This document shows, in pieces, positions 17,820-27,649 of a stretch of 64,000 nucleotides of DNA (its first letter is position 1; the number at the start of each line of letters is the position of its first letter). The notes beneath the pieces are model-generated. The model was not told the origin of the DNA. It searched no databases and was given only the letters and a program-made list of their open reading frames with translations. Source of the stretch: a virus (lineage: Duplodnaviria; Heunggongvirae; Uroviricota; Caudoviricetes). Both the position numbers and the translations under genes were made by a program. Location of the stretch: the IMG/VR virus record IMGVR_UViG_3300029544_000001, one strand, 5' to 3'.

Positions 17820-18206
17820 CTATTGTGTAATCCATTTGTACAGTTTTTCGGCAACTTCAATGATGGATTCTTTATCACAGATTTTCACCGATACTTCCAC
17901 ACACCATCTACGCAAATCCATTTCCTGTTCTTTAGGTGTCATTGCTAAATCTTTTGTTTCTGATTTTTCTTTCATACATTCTTGTTTTTTGTTTTGTTCC
18001 TCTAATTTGCAACAATTATGTTTATCATCTTGCTTCCAACATGGAAGCCCTGAACCTGAATATAAGTCACAATAGTCACAACCGTCCCAATTTGGGCGTG
18101 CTCTACATACATTGATAATATTTTCCCTTTGTTTGTGAGAAAGAAAATAACTTCTTAATCTTTCCGCATTATTAACATTAGTTGCCATGTTCTCAAAATT
18201 TATCAT
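17820..18206 (-). CDS. Cys-rich hypothetical protein
   Basis: 128 aa. Confidence 0.4.
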   Translation of the reverse strand: MINFENMATNVNNAERLRSYFLSHKQRENIINVCRARPNWDGCDYCDLYSGSGLPCWKQDDKHNCCKLEEQNKKQECMKEKSETKDLAMTPKEQEMDLRRWCVEVSVKICDKESIIEVAEKLYKWITQ

Positions 18207-18218
18207 TTATAGACTCTC

Positions 18219-18914
18219 TTATCTTCTTGTCGGTGCCGGTTTAGTTTTAAACATATACAAATCTTTACCATTATTATCAAGAAGATAATAATCCGGTTTT
18301 ACTAATGTGATCCAGTAATCTGTAGGCAGCAAACGTTCGTCTCCAAAAGAAGGAGACGTGTATTGGCTAGTTGGAACATAATGAGCTTGAAACAAAACCT
18401 TATCATTGTTATATGTTGACATGATTCTTGTTATATCTACATCAGAAAAATGTTCCAAGACCCCATGTGTTACCACTACTGTAGATGATTCAAAAAACTT
18501 AGGTTCACAAATATTCTCTTTAACATAAAACAATGGGACTTTTCCTAAGTAATTATCCGTGGATATTGAGAGTGTGTTCTTGCAACATAGCTCCAACATA
18601 GGAATATTGATGTCAGAGAAGACGACTTTTGAAATTTTCTTTACATCAGAAACACCTGTTAATCCAAAATAATTAAACAATCTCTCTCCTATTTGCGAAA
18701 TAGCAAGGCTTACAGTACCTATTCCACATCCTTCCTCCTTTAAGATAAGGGGTGCTTTCAGGTCGTAGGATATTTGTTGTATATTGATAATTATTTCTTC
18801 TATAAACCGGTTATATTTTTTACAAAAGACATTCACATAACTGTCGTTACAGACACGACTTTGATAGAAATTATCCCATGTATTCACAGACTCTGTAATA
18901 TTATCTTTGCTCAT
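18219..18914 (-). CDS. class I SAM-dependent methyltransferase
   Basis: motif I ILKEEGCGIGTVSLAI; no DPPY/NPPY motif, so substrate unknown. Confidence 0.5.
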   Translation of the reverse strand: MSKDNITESVNTWDNFYQSRVCNDSYVNVFCKKYNRFIEEIIINIQQISYDLKAPLILKEEGCGIGTVSLAISQIGERLFNYFGLTGVSDVKKISKVVFSDINIPMLELCCKNTLSISTDNYLGKVPLFYVKENICEPKFFESSTVVVTHGVLEHFSDVDITRIMSTYNNDKVLFQAHYVPTSQYTSPSFGDERLLPTDYWITLVKPDYYLLDNNGKDLYMFKTKPAPTRR

Positions 18915-19120
18915 ATCTCCTTTTGATTCTCAAATTATTCCTCATCAACATACACCTCTTTCTTATTGTCAGGCCAAGATTTACGAATCAGGGAAGTGAT
19001 CTTCTTTCTTTGAAGTCTCTCGATAGCTTTTCTTTTGGCTTCGGCTTTATTATTAGCCGAAACCACTATTTCAAAAGCATCCAAGTCAATCGTCACTCGG
19101 TATTTTTTCATATCATTTTT

Positions 19121-19339
19121 CTATACTTTTTCCAGATCACTGCTTGCTGCAATTCCTTTTAAAACAGCTCCTCCAACTTCAACACGATAAAAGTAAGAAG
19201 GCTGAACATTGTTATCTGAATCTTCAGAAAATGACGGATACACTTTCTTTACTCGACCAATTTTCCCAACCATTGCCGGTTGCAAATCATTAGAGACAAT
19301 TTTCACATTATCCCCAACATTAAATTTTAAATTTTCCAT
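19121..19339 (-). CDS. small hypothetical protein
   Basis: 72 aa. Confidence 0.35.
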   Translation of the reverse strand: MENLKFNVGDNVKIVSNDLQPAMVGKIGRVKKVYPSFSEDSDNNVQPSYFYRVEVGGAVLKGIAASSDLEKV

Positions 19340-19354
19340 ATTATTGTTGTTGAA

Positions 19355-20992
19355 TTATGCAACCTTACGTTGCGTTGTTACTAATATTTTACATAATGCC
19401 TCACAAAGAACTCGTGCCATATTAACTTCTACGGCATTTCCTATATACTTTTTCTGTTCTGCTTTTGTTCCTATTAGCATATAATCTTCTGGGAATCCCA
19501 TAATACGTTTCAACTCTGGAATCGTTAGCATTCTCATTTTTATGTCGGAAATACCATACATAGCCATGAATTCCTTTATTTTCTTCATTACATCACTATC
19601 TGTGTCATATATCTCATATACCAGTCCTCCTGGAAACATCTTAATAAAGCCAGGTAGCTCTCCCTCTCCAGATGCTTCAATCAAATATGGTGGCATCTTA
19701 TCCATTCTAGCGATTAACGTAAAACAAGGTTTATCTACTGATCCACCAGCAGAATTAAATTGAGGATTCATCAAGTAATGCCATTTACGGTTTGCAGTAA
19801 TTACTGGTGCCGGTTGATTTATACTTGTGCCAACATTCTTAAAATTTGTATTTAAAATCCAAGGTTTACAGCTTACAAGGCTATATTTGGGATTAACAGT
19901 AATACAACCTAGTGGTTTATCCAGCGAAGAAGGCTTACTGTTTCCGTATTGTTGGTCAATAAACACAGAAGAAATTAATGAAAATCGGTCTTTTGTTGTT
20001 ACAGTTGGTGCTGGTTCATCTACAGATTTACAAAATCCATTTCCATAATGAACAGAAATAAATGCTTTTCCGGTTAGAATATTTAAACGGTTTATGCAAG
20101 CAACACCAAGTCGATTTTGAGTAGATATTACTGGACATGGATCCTCAACTCCCAGAGCATTGTACTTTCCAGCTTTACTCATTGAGTTATACTTAACCAT
20201 GAAGGCATCTTTTCCACCTGCTACAAACTTAATAAGTCCTGCATAAATTCTTAATAAAGAAGAATCTACTAAAGGTGTTTTCCGACCAAATATACTTTTC
20301 CCTTCATCATCAAAGTCTAACACTTCTCGTACTGCCTTCCAGTTCTTTAATTTTGGGTCTGGCTTTTTAGAATGGGTTTGCTCTGGAAAAACAATAGGTA
20401 AACTCCCTTTCGCAAATATTCCGAAAAATCTCTTCCTAGAAGTGTAAGCCCCATAGTCTGCTGAATTTAATATTTTATGTTCAAATTTGTAGCCATAAGA
20501 CCTTACGCTATCCAGCCATCTCAAATAAGATTTACCTTTATCACGACTAATGGGTTTACCGTACTCATCCAAATCTCCCCATGACATAAACTCTTCTACA
20601 TTCTCAATTTGAATATAGTCTGGGTTAATAGCCTCAATATACCGAAACAAGTGCTCTGCAAGTGTTCTACTATCTGCATCTCGTGGTTGACCACCTTTAG
20701 CTTTCGAGAAATTAGTACATTCCAACGAAGCCCATAAAACTATCAATGCTTCAGGGTATTCAGCTCTGCATTTTTGTAGATGGGAAACTAAAGGAGATAA
20801 ATTTAGTGTACGAATATCTTCTGTAAAATGAAGAGCGTCCGGATGATTAGCAGCATGACTTGCAATCGCATTTTTATCATGATTTACACATGCTATTACC
20901 TTAGCACATTGTTCATTCTCTAAACGGGCTTTTTCTACCCCTGTGCTGGTTCCACCGGCACCACAAAATAAATCTATATAAAGTAATTTCAT
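19355..20992 (-). CDS. DNA (cytosine-5)-methyltransferase, no recognisable adjacent restriction endonuclease
   Basis: motif I DLFCGAGG, PC-like ASLECTNFSKAKGG, ENV in IQIENVEEF, motif X GNAV; 545 aa. Confidence 0.75.
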   Translation of the reverse strand: MKLLYIDLFCGAGGTSTGVEKARLENEQCAKVIACVNHDKNAIASHAANHPDALHFTEDIRTLNLSPLVSHLQKCRAEYPEALIVLWASLECTNFSKAKGGQPRDADSRTLAEHLFRYIEAINPDYIQIENVEEFMSWGDLDEYGKPISRDKGKSYLRWLDSVRSYGYKFEHKILNSADYGAYTSRKRFFGIFAKGSLPIVFPEQTHSKKPDPKLKNWKAVREVLDFDDEGKSIFGRKTPLVDSSLLRIYAGLIKFVAGGKDAFMVKYNSMSKAGKYNALGVEDPCPVISTQNRLGVACINRLNILTGKAFISVHYGNGFCKSVDEPAPTVTTKDRFSLISSVFIDQQYGNSKPSSLDKPLGCITVNPKYSLVSCKPWILNTNFKNVGTSINQPAPVITANRKWHYLMNPQFNSAGGSVDKPCFTLIARMDKMPPYLIEASGEGELPGFIKMFPGGLVYEIYDTDSDVMKKIKEFMAMYGISDIKMRMLTIPELKRIMGFPEDYMLIGTKAEQKKYIGNAVEVNMARVLCEALCKILVTTQRKVA

Positions 20993-21621
20993 TGTTTTTC
21001 CAAGTATTCTACAATATCTTCATCAGGCATATTAAAGGTATCTTCATCCAGATAGAAATAAATCTGTTCATCTACAAATTCTGCTTCTCGTGTACTCCAA
21101 TTACCCATATCATCTAATAATTGTCGCGCTAACCGTTCTACAGATACAGTCACCTTTTCTTCATCAGGAGTATTTTCAAAGATTACTACCGTTTTTATTG
21201 GATAATCAGCACCATTCCAATCAATATAATCTGGATTTTGGCAAAACATCCCACGAATAATCGACCATATTTTTTCTGACTGAAAATCAGAATTTTGTAT
21301 ATGCCAGTAACATTCCCAGTATGTAAATCCGGCACTGCGTAGCATTTCCTGAATAACCATATCAGAGGCACCATTACTTATTGCATCTTGAAGTGCGCAC
21401 CAGTACCCTTGATTGAAGTCAGTCAATTTTGGAGTTAATTCGTCGGCCTTTACTTTTACACTCCCTTTTTTATCAGAAAAAATTAGAGAAACTAATGTGT
21501 CATTTTCAACAGGATAAGAAACCGAGGTGCATATTTGCATAACTTTCTGCTCGTCACTATTTTCAGGGTGCCATATTACTTCAGCACCAATATTTATAAA
21601 ATAGTATTTATTCATGTTCAA
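20989..21621 (-). CDS. hypothetical protein
   Basis: 210 aa, 4-nt overlap with the methyltransferase start. Confidence 0.4.
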   Translation of the reverse strand: MNMNKYYFINIGAEVIWHPENSDEQKVMQICTSVSYPVENDTLVSLIFSDKKGSVKVKADELTPKLTDFNQGYWCALQDAISNGASDMVIQEMLRSAGFTYWECYWHIQNSDFQSEKIWSIIRGMFCQNPDYIDWNGADYPIKTVVIFENTPDEEKVTVSVERLARQLLDDMGNWSTREAEFVDEQIYFYLDEDTFNMPDEDIVEYLEKQ

Positions 21622-21630
21622 TTTTATATA

Positions 21631-21882
21631 TTAGGACATATTTAGCGAATCTAACAATTGTTTTAAAGGTTGTTTGTCATCTTCACTCTTAGCTGTTAAT
21701 AGTTTCACTTCTCCGTCAGCTAATTGATAAAATTCATCTTTTTCAGCATAGTTCATAGCTTTTATATACAATTCAAAAGCATCTTCAATAGACATGCCAT
21801 CTGCCGAAATATTAGCTAACAATTCTCCCATACACACTTCGCTTTGTGCATATTGTCTTATAATCTTTTTAAATGTTTCCAT
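21631..21882 (-). CDS. small hypothetical protein
   Basis: 83 aa. Confidence 0.35.
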   Translation of the reverse strand: METFKKIIRQYAQSEVCMGELLANISADGMSIEDAFELYIKAMNYAEKDEFYQLADGEVKLLTAKSEDDKQPLKQLLDSLNMS

Positions 21883-21935
21883 GTGTCAAAAATATTCTGC
21901 CACCCATACCATATCAAATATGGGTGGCGATAATA

Positions 21936-22634
21936 TTAAATAGTCAAGGTCTTAGTCAATTCGCCTTTATAACCACGTTCACGTAACATGTTTATAAGAG
22001 CTTCGTCACTATGCAGACAATCGTTACTTTTTGCCTCGCCTGTCAACAGGCTCGGCGAAGGCTGAAATGCTGCAACCGCTCTCACCATGCCACTGTTGCA
22101 CTTGCCGTTGCTGCCGAAGATGCCACCACTAAAGAGCACGCCCCAGCTGCCGCCCCGACTGTCCTCACTGCTACTCCAGACCCAGGTTTCATCAGAATCT
22201 TCTGTAGGAAGTAAACATTCATCGGGACATCCAATTTCTTTCATTGCTTTGTTTATCTCATCATGATATGCGCAAAGCACTCCTAGCTCCATCAAACAAG
22301 GCAAATACCACTGGAGGCCACCTTTTTGATAGTTCCAGCAGCGTTTGGCGGCAGTCATTCCATCAATATCAGTTTGTGCTTCTACAATACGTTTGGTTAG
22401 ATCAAGTCCGGAGAAAGTTTGCATAGCAACGGATTCATTCTGCTCTTCCGTTAAGATCCTATCAGTATTTCCCCATTGTTCTTGCCAAGTGTCAAACGCC
22501 AAAATACGGCTCATAAATTCTGTTGTTACGATAATGCCAATAGCATTAGTATAATTCATACCTCTTGCTCTGAAATCTGCGATTTCATACTGTTTCTTGT
22601 CGGCTCCTAAAACCGAAATAGAATACTTTTCCAT
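21936..22634 (-). CDS. DUF1566-like (C-type-lectin-fold) protein with a GC-rich C-terminal patch rich in NNC codons; candidate DGR variable protein
   Basis: RCWNYQKGGLQWYLPCLMELGVL (W.LPT..EL..L-like), VWSSSE (YWSST-like), MVRAVAAF (VRCVR-like); residues 153-186 encoded at 22077-22178 are almost all AGC/AGT/GGC/GAC/AAC/TGC/ATC/TTC. Confidence 0.5.
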   Translation of the reverse strand: MEKYSISVLGADKKQYEIADFRARGMNYTNAIGIIVTTEFMSRILAFDTWQEQWGNTDRILTEEQNESVAMQTFSGLDLTKRIVEAQTDIDGMTAAKRCWNYQKGGLQWYLPCLMELGVLCAYHDEINKAMKEIGCPDECLLPTEDSDETWVWSSSEDSRGGSWGVLFSGGIFGSNGKCNSGMVRAVAAFQPSPSLLTGEAKSNDCLHSDEALINMLRERGYKGELTKTLTI

Positions 22635-22661
22635 ACTTGTAAATTATTATTAATATTGATT

Positions 22662-22928
22662 TTAGAACCACACCAATAGCCTTGGAGTCTTCCAATAAAA
22701 ATTGAATACTGGGAATATCTCTTTAAGTGTGGTGGTTATTTTTCCTGTAATATTTTTCACATGTCTAATTCGCAAATGATTAGCTGTTACGATATAGTCT
22801 ATTCCTGGGTGTAAACCTATTTGCGAAAGAAGCGATTTCAAGAATATTTTTATATGTTGCTTTGCATCAGTAATTGAACGATAGCCAAAATCAATGTTAG
22901 CTACATACTTGATACGCTTGCGTTTCAT
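22662..22928 (-). CDS. hypothetical protein
   Basis: 88 aa; overlaps the upstream HTH gene by 4 nt. Confidence 0.4.
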   Translation of the reverse strand: MKRKRIKYVANIDFGYRSITDAKQHIKIFLKSLLSQIGLHPGIDYIVTANHLRIRHVKNITGKITTTLKEIFPVFNFYWKTPRLLVWF

Positions 22929-23233
22929 TTATTTTTCAACTTGTTATTAAACTTGATCTTTCCATTTTTATATAAATCAATTTTCTTTTTTCGATACTTC
23001 CGTTTTAACTCTGTCCAATATTCTGTTGGATATTGTTTAGAGTGCTTGCGAACAGGAGGAGATAGTATAGATTGTATAAGCCGCTTACTAACATTGAACA
23101 TAGCGGCCAGTCTTCTTTGGCTATATCCTTCACGGGCCAAAATCTGAATAGCCTGGCGTTGTTCTGGTGACAACTTAGCGCGACCATCAAATTTGGTTCC
23201 TGCCAACTTGATATTCTCAATTCTCAATGGCAT
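22925..23233 (-). CDS. small basic HTH protein; paralog of 28915..29238
   Basis: MPLRIENIKLAGTKFDGRAKLSPEQRQAIQILAREGYSQRRLAAMFNVSKRLIQSI aligns with the paralog. Confidence 0.55.
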   Translation of the reverse strand: MPLRIENIKLAGTKFDGRAKLSPEQRQAIQILAREGYSQRRLAAMFNVSKRLIQSILSPPVRKHSKQYPTEYWTELKRKYRKKKIDLYKNGKIKFNNKLKNK

Positions 23234-23368
23234 ATTTGTTACTGTTTTAATGTGAATAGATTTTATAGTTTTATATGGTGTGAATAGTTGTCCACTTTAA
23301 CCATTGTTTAACACAAAAGGCTGCTCTATTTTGTTAGAACAGCCTTTGCTTTACAGACATCATTTTAA

Positions 23369-23551
23369 CTATGGTCGATTGTACCTTAGTCCGTCTGTAT
23401 GAATAAACCATTTTTTCAAACTTCCGTCTGGCTTCTGAACTTTCTCAATATCCACTGTTAACCAATGAATAGCTCCCTCACCGAACTTAATTTCCCTTTT
23501 GGTTGGGTGTCTCCAATAATCAATCGTCTTTTTATGCCCCATATTAATCAT
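23369..23551 (-). CDS. small hypothetical protein
   Basis: 60 aa. Confidence 0.3.
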   Translation of the reverse strand: MINMGHKKTIDYWRHPTKREIKFGEGAIHWLTVDIEKVQKPDGSLKKWFIHTDGLRYNRP

Positions 23552-23912
23552 CGTTTATTGCCACTGATTTTACCTTGTCTGTAACAGGCATGTATTCAAT
23601 AATATAAGAAAGATGTCCTGGAGAAATGTCATCCAATTCAATATTTATTTTATTTCCCCATCCATTATCATATACAGATAATTTAATAGAATTATTATTC
23701 AACCATACCTTATGTACAACAACATCCATAGGACCACCGTCTAAATTTACTAATATTATAGGCGGACTATATATCTGCTGTTCTATGTTATTGTCATCAA
23801 TCCATGTAAATTCACCACCATGAGCTTTCAATGCTAATCGTAATTCATCAGCTTCTTTCTTTCTAATTTCATTATACATAGCATAAAAGTTGGTATGTTT
23901 CATATACTCCAT
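23544..23912 (-). CDS. hypothetical protein
   Basis: 122 aa. Confidence 0.4.
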   Translation of the reverse strand: MEYMKHTNFYAMYNEIRKKEADELRLALKAHGGEFTWIDDNNIEQQIYSPPIILVNLDGGPMDVVVHKVWLNNNSIKLSVYDNGWGNKINIELDDISPGHLSYIIEYMPVTDKVKSVAINDD

Positions 23913-23924
23913 GATAATTCAATT

Positions 23925-25097
23925 TTATGATCTACAAACACAGATATATTCCCCAGCAATCTTATATTCTTCATGCCGTCCATCCCAAGAATTAAGTACC
24001 GAGCACCAACCATCCTCATTTATGATTGAATCCAACCAATCACTCAATGAATCAGTAGTTCTTTGAGCCGCCACAGATTCACGCCATAAATACGCGTATT
24101 CATCATCATTATGTACTATATCATTAGCTATATTGGTCAGTTCATCTTCCGTGCCAATATAATAATCAATACCATTTGCACAGTATAGTTGTTCACCATA
24201 GGAACATTCTTCAAATGTATCATTCAAATCACCGAATGTACATCCCAAATGTACTCCCAAAGCTACGAAGCGTTTTGCTTCATCTTCGTCACATTCACGT
24301 AAATCCATTACTTGCTGGATGATTTCTTTTGTGGCAATAAACCCTTCTTTCCCCATGTCAAAAACCGCTTCCAGTTCTTCTGTTAACGCAGTTTCTTCTT
24401 CTTCAACAAGGTCACAAATATTATTTATGATCCCTTCAATATTATCTGGAAGCGGACTGTATAACCAGCCATTACCATATTTATATCCATTATCTACATA
24501 TAAGCCTTTTATAGCAAGAAAGAAACATTTTACGTTGTAGTCTGAAGATGTATGGAAGCATTTGTTTGACAATCCAAGGATATATTGAATGGGATTATTC
24601 CTCATTTTCTCATAAAGCACATTTCTCACCTGTATTATAGCCGCGTCACTAATATTAAAATTCTTAACAAGAATCTGAAAAGAAATATCATCAAACTGTT
24701 CACGGTAATGTTCATTATATGTTTTAAACAACTCCACAAAGTAATTGTAGTCGTTAACATATTGCTCACCGTTTAAATATTCATCTTGACGAACTGTACC
24801 GCCAGACATACCACCTAGATGATATTTGTTCCAAAATTCCAAAAGTTTCTTTTGTCCTTCTGTACGAGGATTTATATGATCGTAGCATTGCCCAGCACTC
24901 ATACCACCAGCCCCACATACCGAAACGCTGAAACTTTGTTTAAATTTTTGCAATGTTTCACGGTTTATACGAGTAGATTCTTCTTTATAAACCTCAAAAT
25001 CTACAGTCCAACTGTTTTTATTTTGGTCCCGAAATTGGACGGAACGTTTGAATATTATATCGTTTCTCATAATCAATCTTTCTAATTTTATTTTCAT
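23925..25097 (-). CDS. hypothetical protein
   Basis: 390 aa; no P-loop. Confidence 0.45.
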   Translation of the reverse strand: MKIKLERLIMRNDIIFKRSVQFRDQNKNSWTVDFEVYKEESTRINRETLQKFKQSFSVSVCGAGGMSAGQCYDHINPRTEGQKKLLEFWNKYHLGGMSGGTVRQDEYLNGEQYVNDYNYFVELFKTYNEHYREQFDDISFQILVKNFNISDAAIIQVRNVLYEKMRNNPIQYILGLSNKCFHTSSDYNVKCFFLAIKGLYVDNGYKYGNGWLYSPLPDNIEGIINNICDLVEEEETALTEELEAVFDMGKEGFIATKEIIQQVMDLRECDEDEAKRFVALGVHLGCTFGDLNDTFEECSYGEQLYCANGIDYYIGTEDELTNIANDIVHNDDEYAYLWRESVAAQRTTDSLSDWLDSIINEDGWCSVLNSWDGRHEEYKIAGEYICVCRS

Positions 25098-25148
25098 AAA
25101 CCAGAGGAAATGTACCTAAACTGGTTTATGAAAACTGCCTTGATTAAG

Positions 25149-26138
25149 TTATTTACGCCATTCCTTCATTTTAGCAACCACATCAATGTTGTTGTCATCC
25201 AGCGTTTTCTTCAACATACCAATCAAACGCCAACCTTCTCTATTCTCGTACAACTTTGCCTTCTTATTCAAAAAAGCAAGGGACGCGTTTTTACTTAATG
25301 TTTTTCCATTGTCATCAATGATAACGCAATTATGAAAACGAATCATGTTCTGCATTGTAAAGAACGCTCCAGCTCCTTTGTAAGCATCTAGCCATGCTGC
25401 ATTTTGAGGAGTACCCCAATGCATTTTGATACGCCTTTTATTGAACTCCTGCACCGAATGCCAAAGTTCATAAGTGTTTTCGGCATGTTGTATTTTATGT
25501 ACTGCAAACAACAATGGCTTGATTACTTTTTTATCAAAATCATCAACGAAAATGTTTTGGCCGTTGATACGTTTATACGGTACCCCTTTACATTTTCTCA
25601 ATTTCAACTTCTCAAATCTCTTTTTGAGTTTCTCGATATAGTCTTTTGCCATATCTAATACCACTCTTTTGTTGAACCAGCGATTTCGATCTCTGAAATT
25701 ATCGACATCACCATTCTGCATCATTTTGTGCTGGGCGTACAACTCGTTATTTAGCATCTTCCACTGATATTCATATCCCATATTACGAATCACCTCTGAA
25801 ACTCCAATTGGCTTATAAGCACCGTGGGTATTGGTAGTTATATAAATTATGCGGAACATCTGTGCCATTACCCAACGTCTGAATAATTGCCGATTAGGAA
25901 TTGTGCCTTGAATTATAATGGCCTGGAAGATTGGATCATCTTCTTCCAAGATACTAATGACACCATCTCTTTTTGAGGCTATAAACTCCAAACCATCTGC
26001 ACTTTGCATTGCAAAAAGCTCACTAACATCAACACCAGCTTTCTTTAGAGCTTCAATACGCTCCTTAGCTTTGGTTTGATTAGCTGTAAGCGTAAACTCG
26101 GTACCACACTCAGGACATTCAAATTTTAACTGTTTCAT
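25149..26138 (-). CDS. hypothetical protein with N-terminal zinc ribbon (CPECG)
   Basis: 329 aa. Confidence 0.45.
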   Translation of the reverse strand: MKQLKFECPECGTEFTLTANQTKAKERIEALKKAGVDVSELFAMQSADGLEFIASKRDGVISILEEDDPIFQAIIIQGTIPNRQLFRRWVMAQMFRIIYITTNTHGAYKPIGVSEVIRNMGYEYQWKMLNNELYAQHKMMQNGDVDNFRDRNRWFNKRVVLDMAKDYIEKLKKRFEKLKLRKCKGVPYKRINGQNIFVDDFDKKVIKPLLFAVHKIQHAENTYELWHSVQEFNKRRIKMHWGTPQNAAWLDAYKGAGAFFTMQNMIRFHNCVIIDDNGKTLSKNASLAFLNKKAKLYENREGWRLIGMLKKTLDDNNIDVVAKMKEWRK

Positions 26139-26172
26139 AACTTATTAATAATTTAATTTTTAGTCTGATTAT

Positions 26173-26769
26173 TTATTTCTCTACTGTAACCCAGTTTTTG
26201 AGAATTACTAAATCTCTATCTTTGTTGCTTTGCCAAAACCATTTACCCATTTTATTAGCATCCCAACCTATACCCAATATTATTTGACAGAGAATGTATA
26301 ATTCCAATTCGACTTGTGCTATATCTCGACCAACTCCAAACAACATGTCTTCATCCTCCAAATCTTTATCAGACAAAGCCTTAAAGTATTTTCGGCTTTT
26401 ACATTCACTCATTGTTGATGGAATAGAATGTTTATATCGAGTATATAAATGCTCTACATTAGACAGAAACTCATCAAGAGAAGCGCATAATTCCACACCT
26501 AAGTCTCCCTCATACTGCGAATTCTGTATAATATATTGGCCATTAAGTTTGAAACTTCGTGTTTTAAAATCTACTTTAAACTTGGTTCCGTTCTCTACAG
26601 CCTGTATTGATTCTTGATAAATATTTTTCATAATGTTTACTTTTGATTTTATACTCAAACCTTTGACACATTTCTTTAAAAGCCTGATATTAACATCCAG
26701 AATACGCCGGAATAAAGGTTTATAAAACCGTAGATGCCGGCGTAATTGTCGGATAGTTGTTAAACGCAA
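26173..26769 (-). CDS. hypothetical protein
   Basis: 198 aa. Confidence 0.4.
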   Translation of the reverse strand: MRLTTIRQLRRHLRFYKPLFRRILDVNIRLLKKCVKGLSIKSKVNIMKNIYQESIQAVENGTKFKVDFKTRSFKLNGQYIIQNSQYEGDLGVELCASLDEFLSNVEHLYTRYKHSIPSTMSECKSRKYFKALSDKDLEDEDMLFGVGRDIAQVELELYILCQIILGIGWDANKMGKWFWQSNKDRDLVILKNWVTVEK

Positions 26770-26866
26770 GGTTCTTGTATAAATGAAAGTTGTGTTACTT
26801 ATAAAACAGCCCCCATTTAGCGTGACACATGTCTATATGTTTATGATATATACTGTATCAAGTAAT

Positions 26867-26918
26867 GCCCGCGTAATCCTAGGTCATACATAGGATGACC
26901 GTCATCACGCGGGCATCA
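26867..26918. repeat. nested perfect hairpins (ATGCCCGCGT...ACGCGGGCAT enclosing GGTCAT...ATGACC)
   Basis: 10-bp outer and 6-bp inner perfect inverted repeats. Confidence 0.5.
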
Positions 26919-27099
26919 TATCTTGTCCAGTATGTTAAATTACTAAATCCCAGACTGTAAACTTTGTGTTAAGTAATAAGTTGTAATTCTCAAAATATTG
27001 GCACATTTCTATACTTATTCGATTTAAAGCTGGTGTGATCAGGAACGGACCAGGACAATTAGTACTCGGCCCTTCCTGATATATAACCAGCTATATAAA

Positions 27100-27649
27100 T
27101 GATATTTCTTGAATTACATTTCTGTGCTAAATAGTTATCCTCATAATACTGATACATTACTTTACCCAATAGATGTAATCCGGTTGGATTATCCTGGACC
27201 CGACAGATATAATCTTCGGTTCCAGGATATAATTTCTACCGGAGTAGTGAAAATATATTCCTTGGATAACTTCGATGTATTTCGCTTATTTTACAAGTCC
27301 TCAAATGAATGGCACATCACTTTACTCTCATGATAATTATAAATATGACCTGATCGAGAACCTGAGGTGAGAGGCTATGCAGCCTTGTAACCTCCGGTGA
27401 ACGATCAATAGTTCATACTTTAGAATATGAAATTTTCTTCTTGAACTTGCCTGCTGTGCTGCTTTATAAACCCTCATAACAATCGACACATTTCTTTATC
27501 TTCATTGATATAATCCAGATGATTATATGGTACCCGGAGTAGATACTGAAGGATGTAATCCTTCAAGGATAGAATCGGGGTACCTAATATATAATCTGGA
27601 TATTAAACACTTGTTCCTCGGATTCATTTACTGTGTGTTCAGATTGTAG
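27100..27649 (-). other. structured non-coding region downstream of the RT gene with two related hairpin modules (27160-27290 and 27500-27600)
   Basis: shared CCGGAGTAG and GATATAAT motifs; long-range pairs GGTACCCCG/CCGGGTACC and TCCTGGAACCG/CGGGTCCAGGA. Confidence 0.35.

Noticed and set aside
20989-21621. Restriction endonuclease partner of the C5-methyltransferase
   Set aside because: No PD-(D/E)xK, HNH or GIY-YIG signature with proper spacing. The only PDEEK string has no motif spacing. The methyltransferase is treated as an orphan.
23925-26138. Terminase large subunit among the large leftward ORFs (390 aa and 329 aa)
   Set aside because: No Walker A P-loop (GxxxxGK[ST]) in either protein.
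26770-27649. DGR template repeat (TR) in the non-coding region next to the RT
   Set aside because: No A-rich near-copy of the GC-rich VR-like stretch (22077-22178) was found by eye in either orientation, here or elsewhere in the window. Only a weak GGTGAGAG...TGCAGC resemblance occurs at 27366-27392 on the opposite strand.
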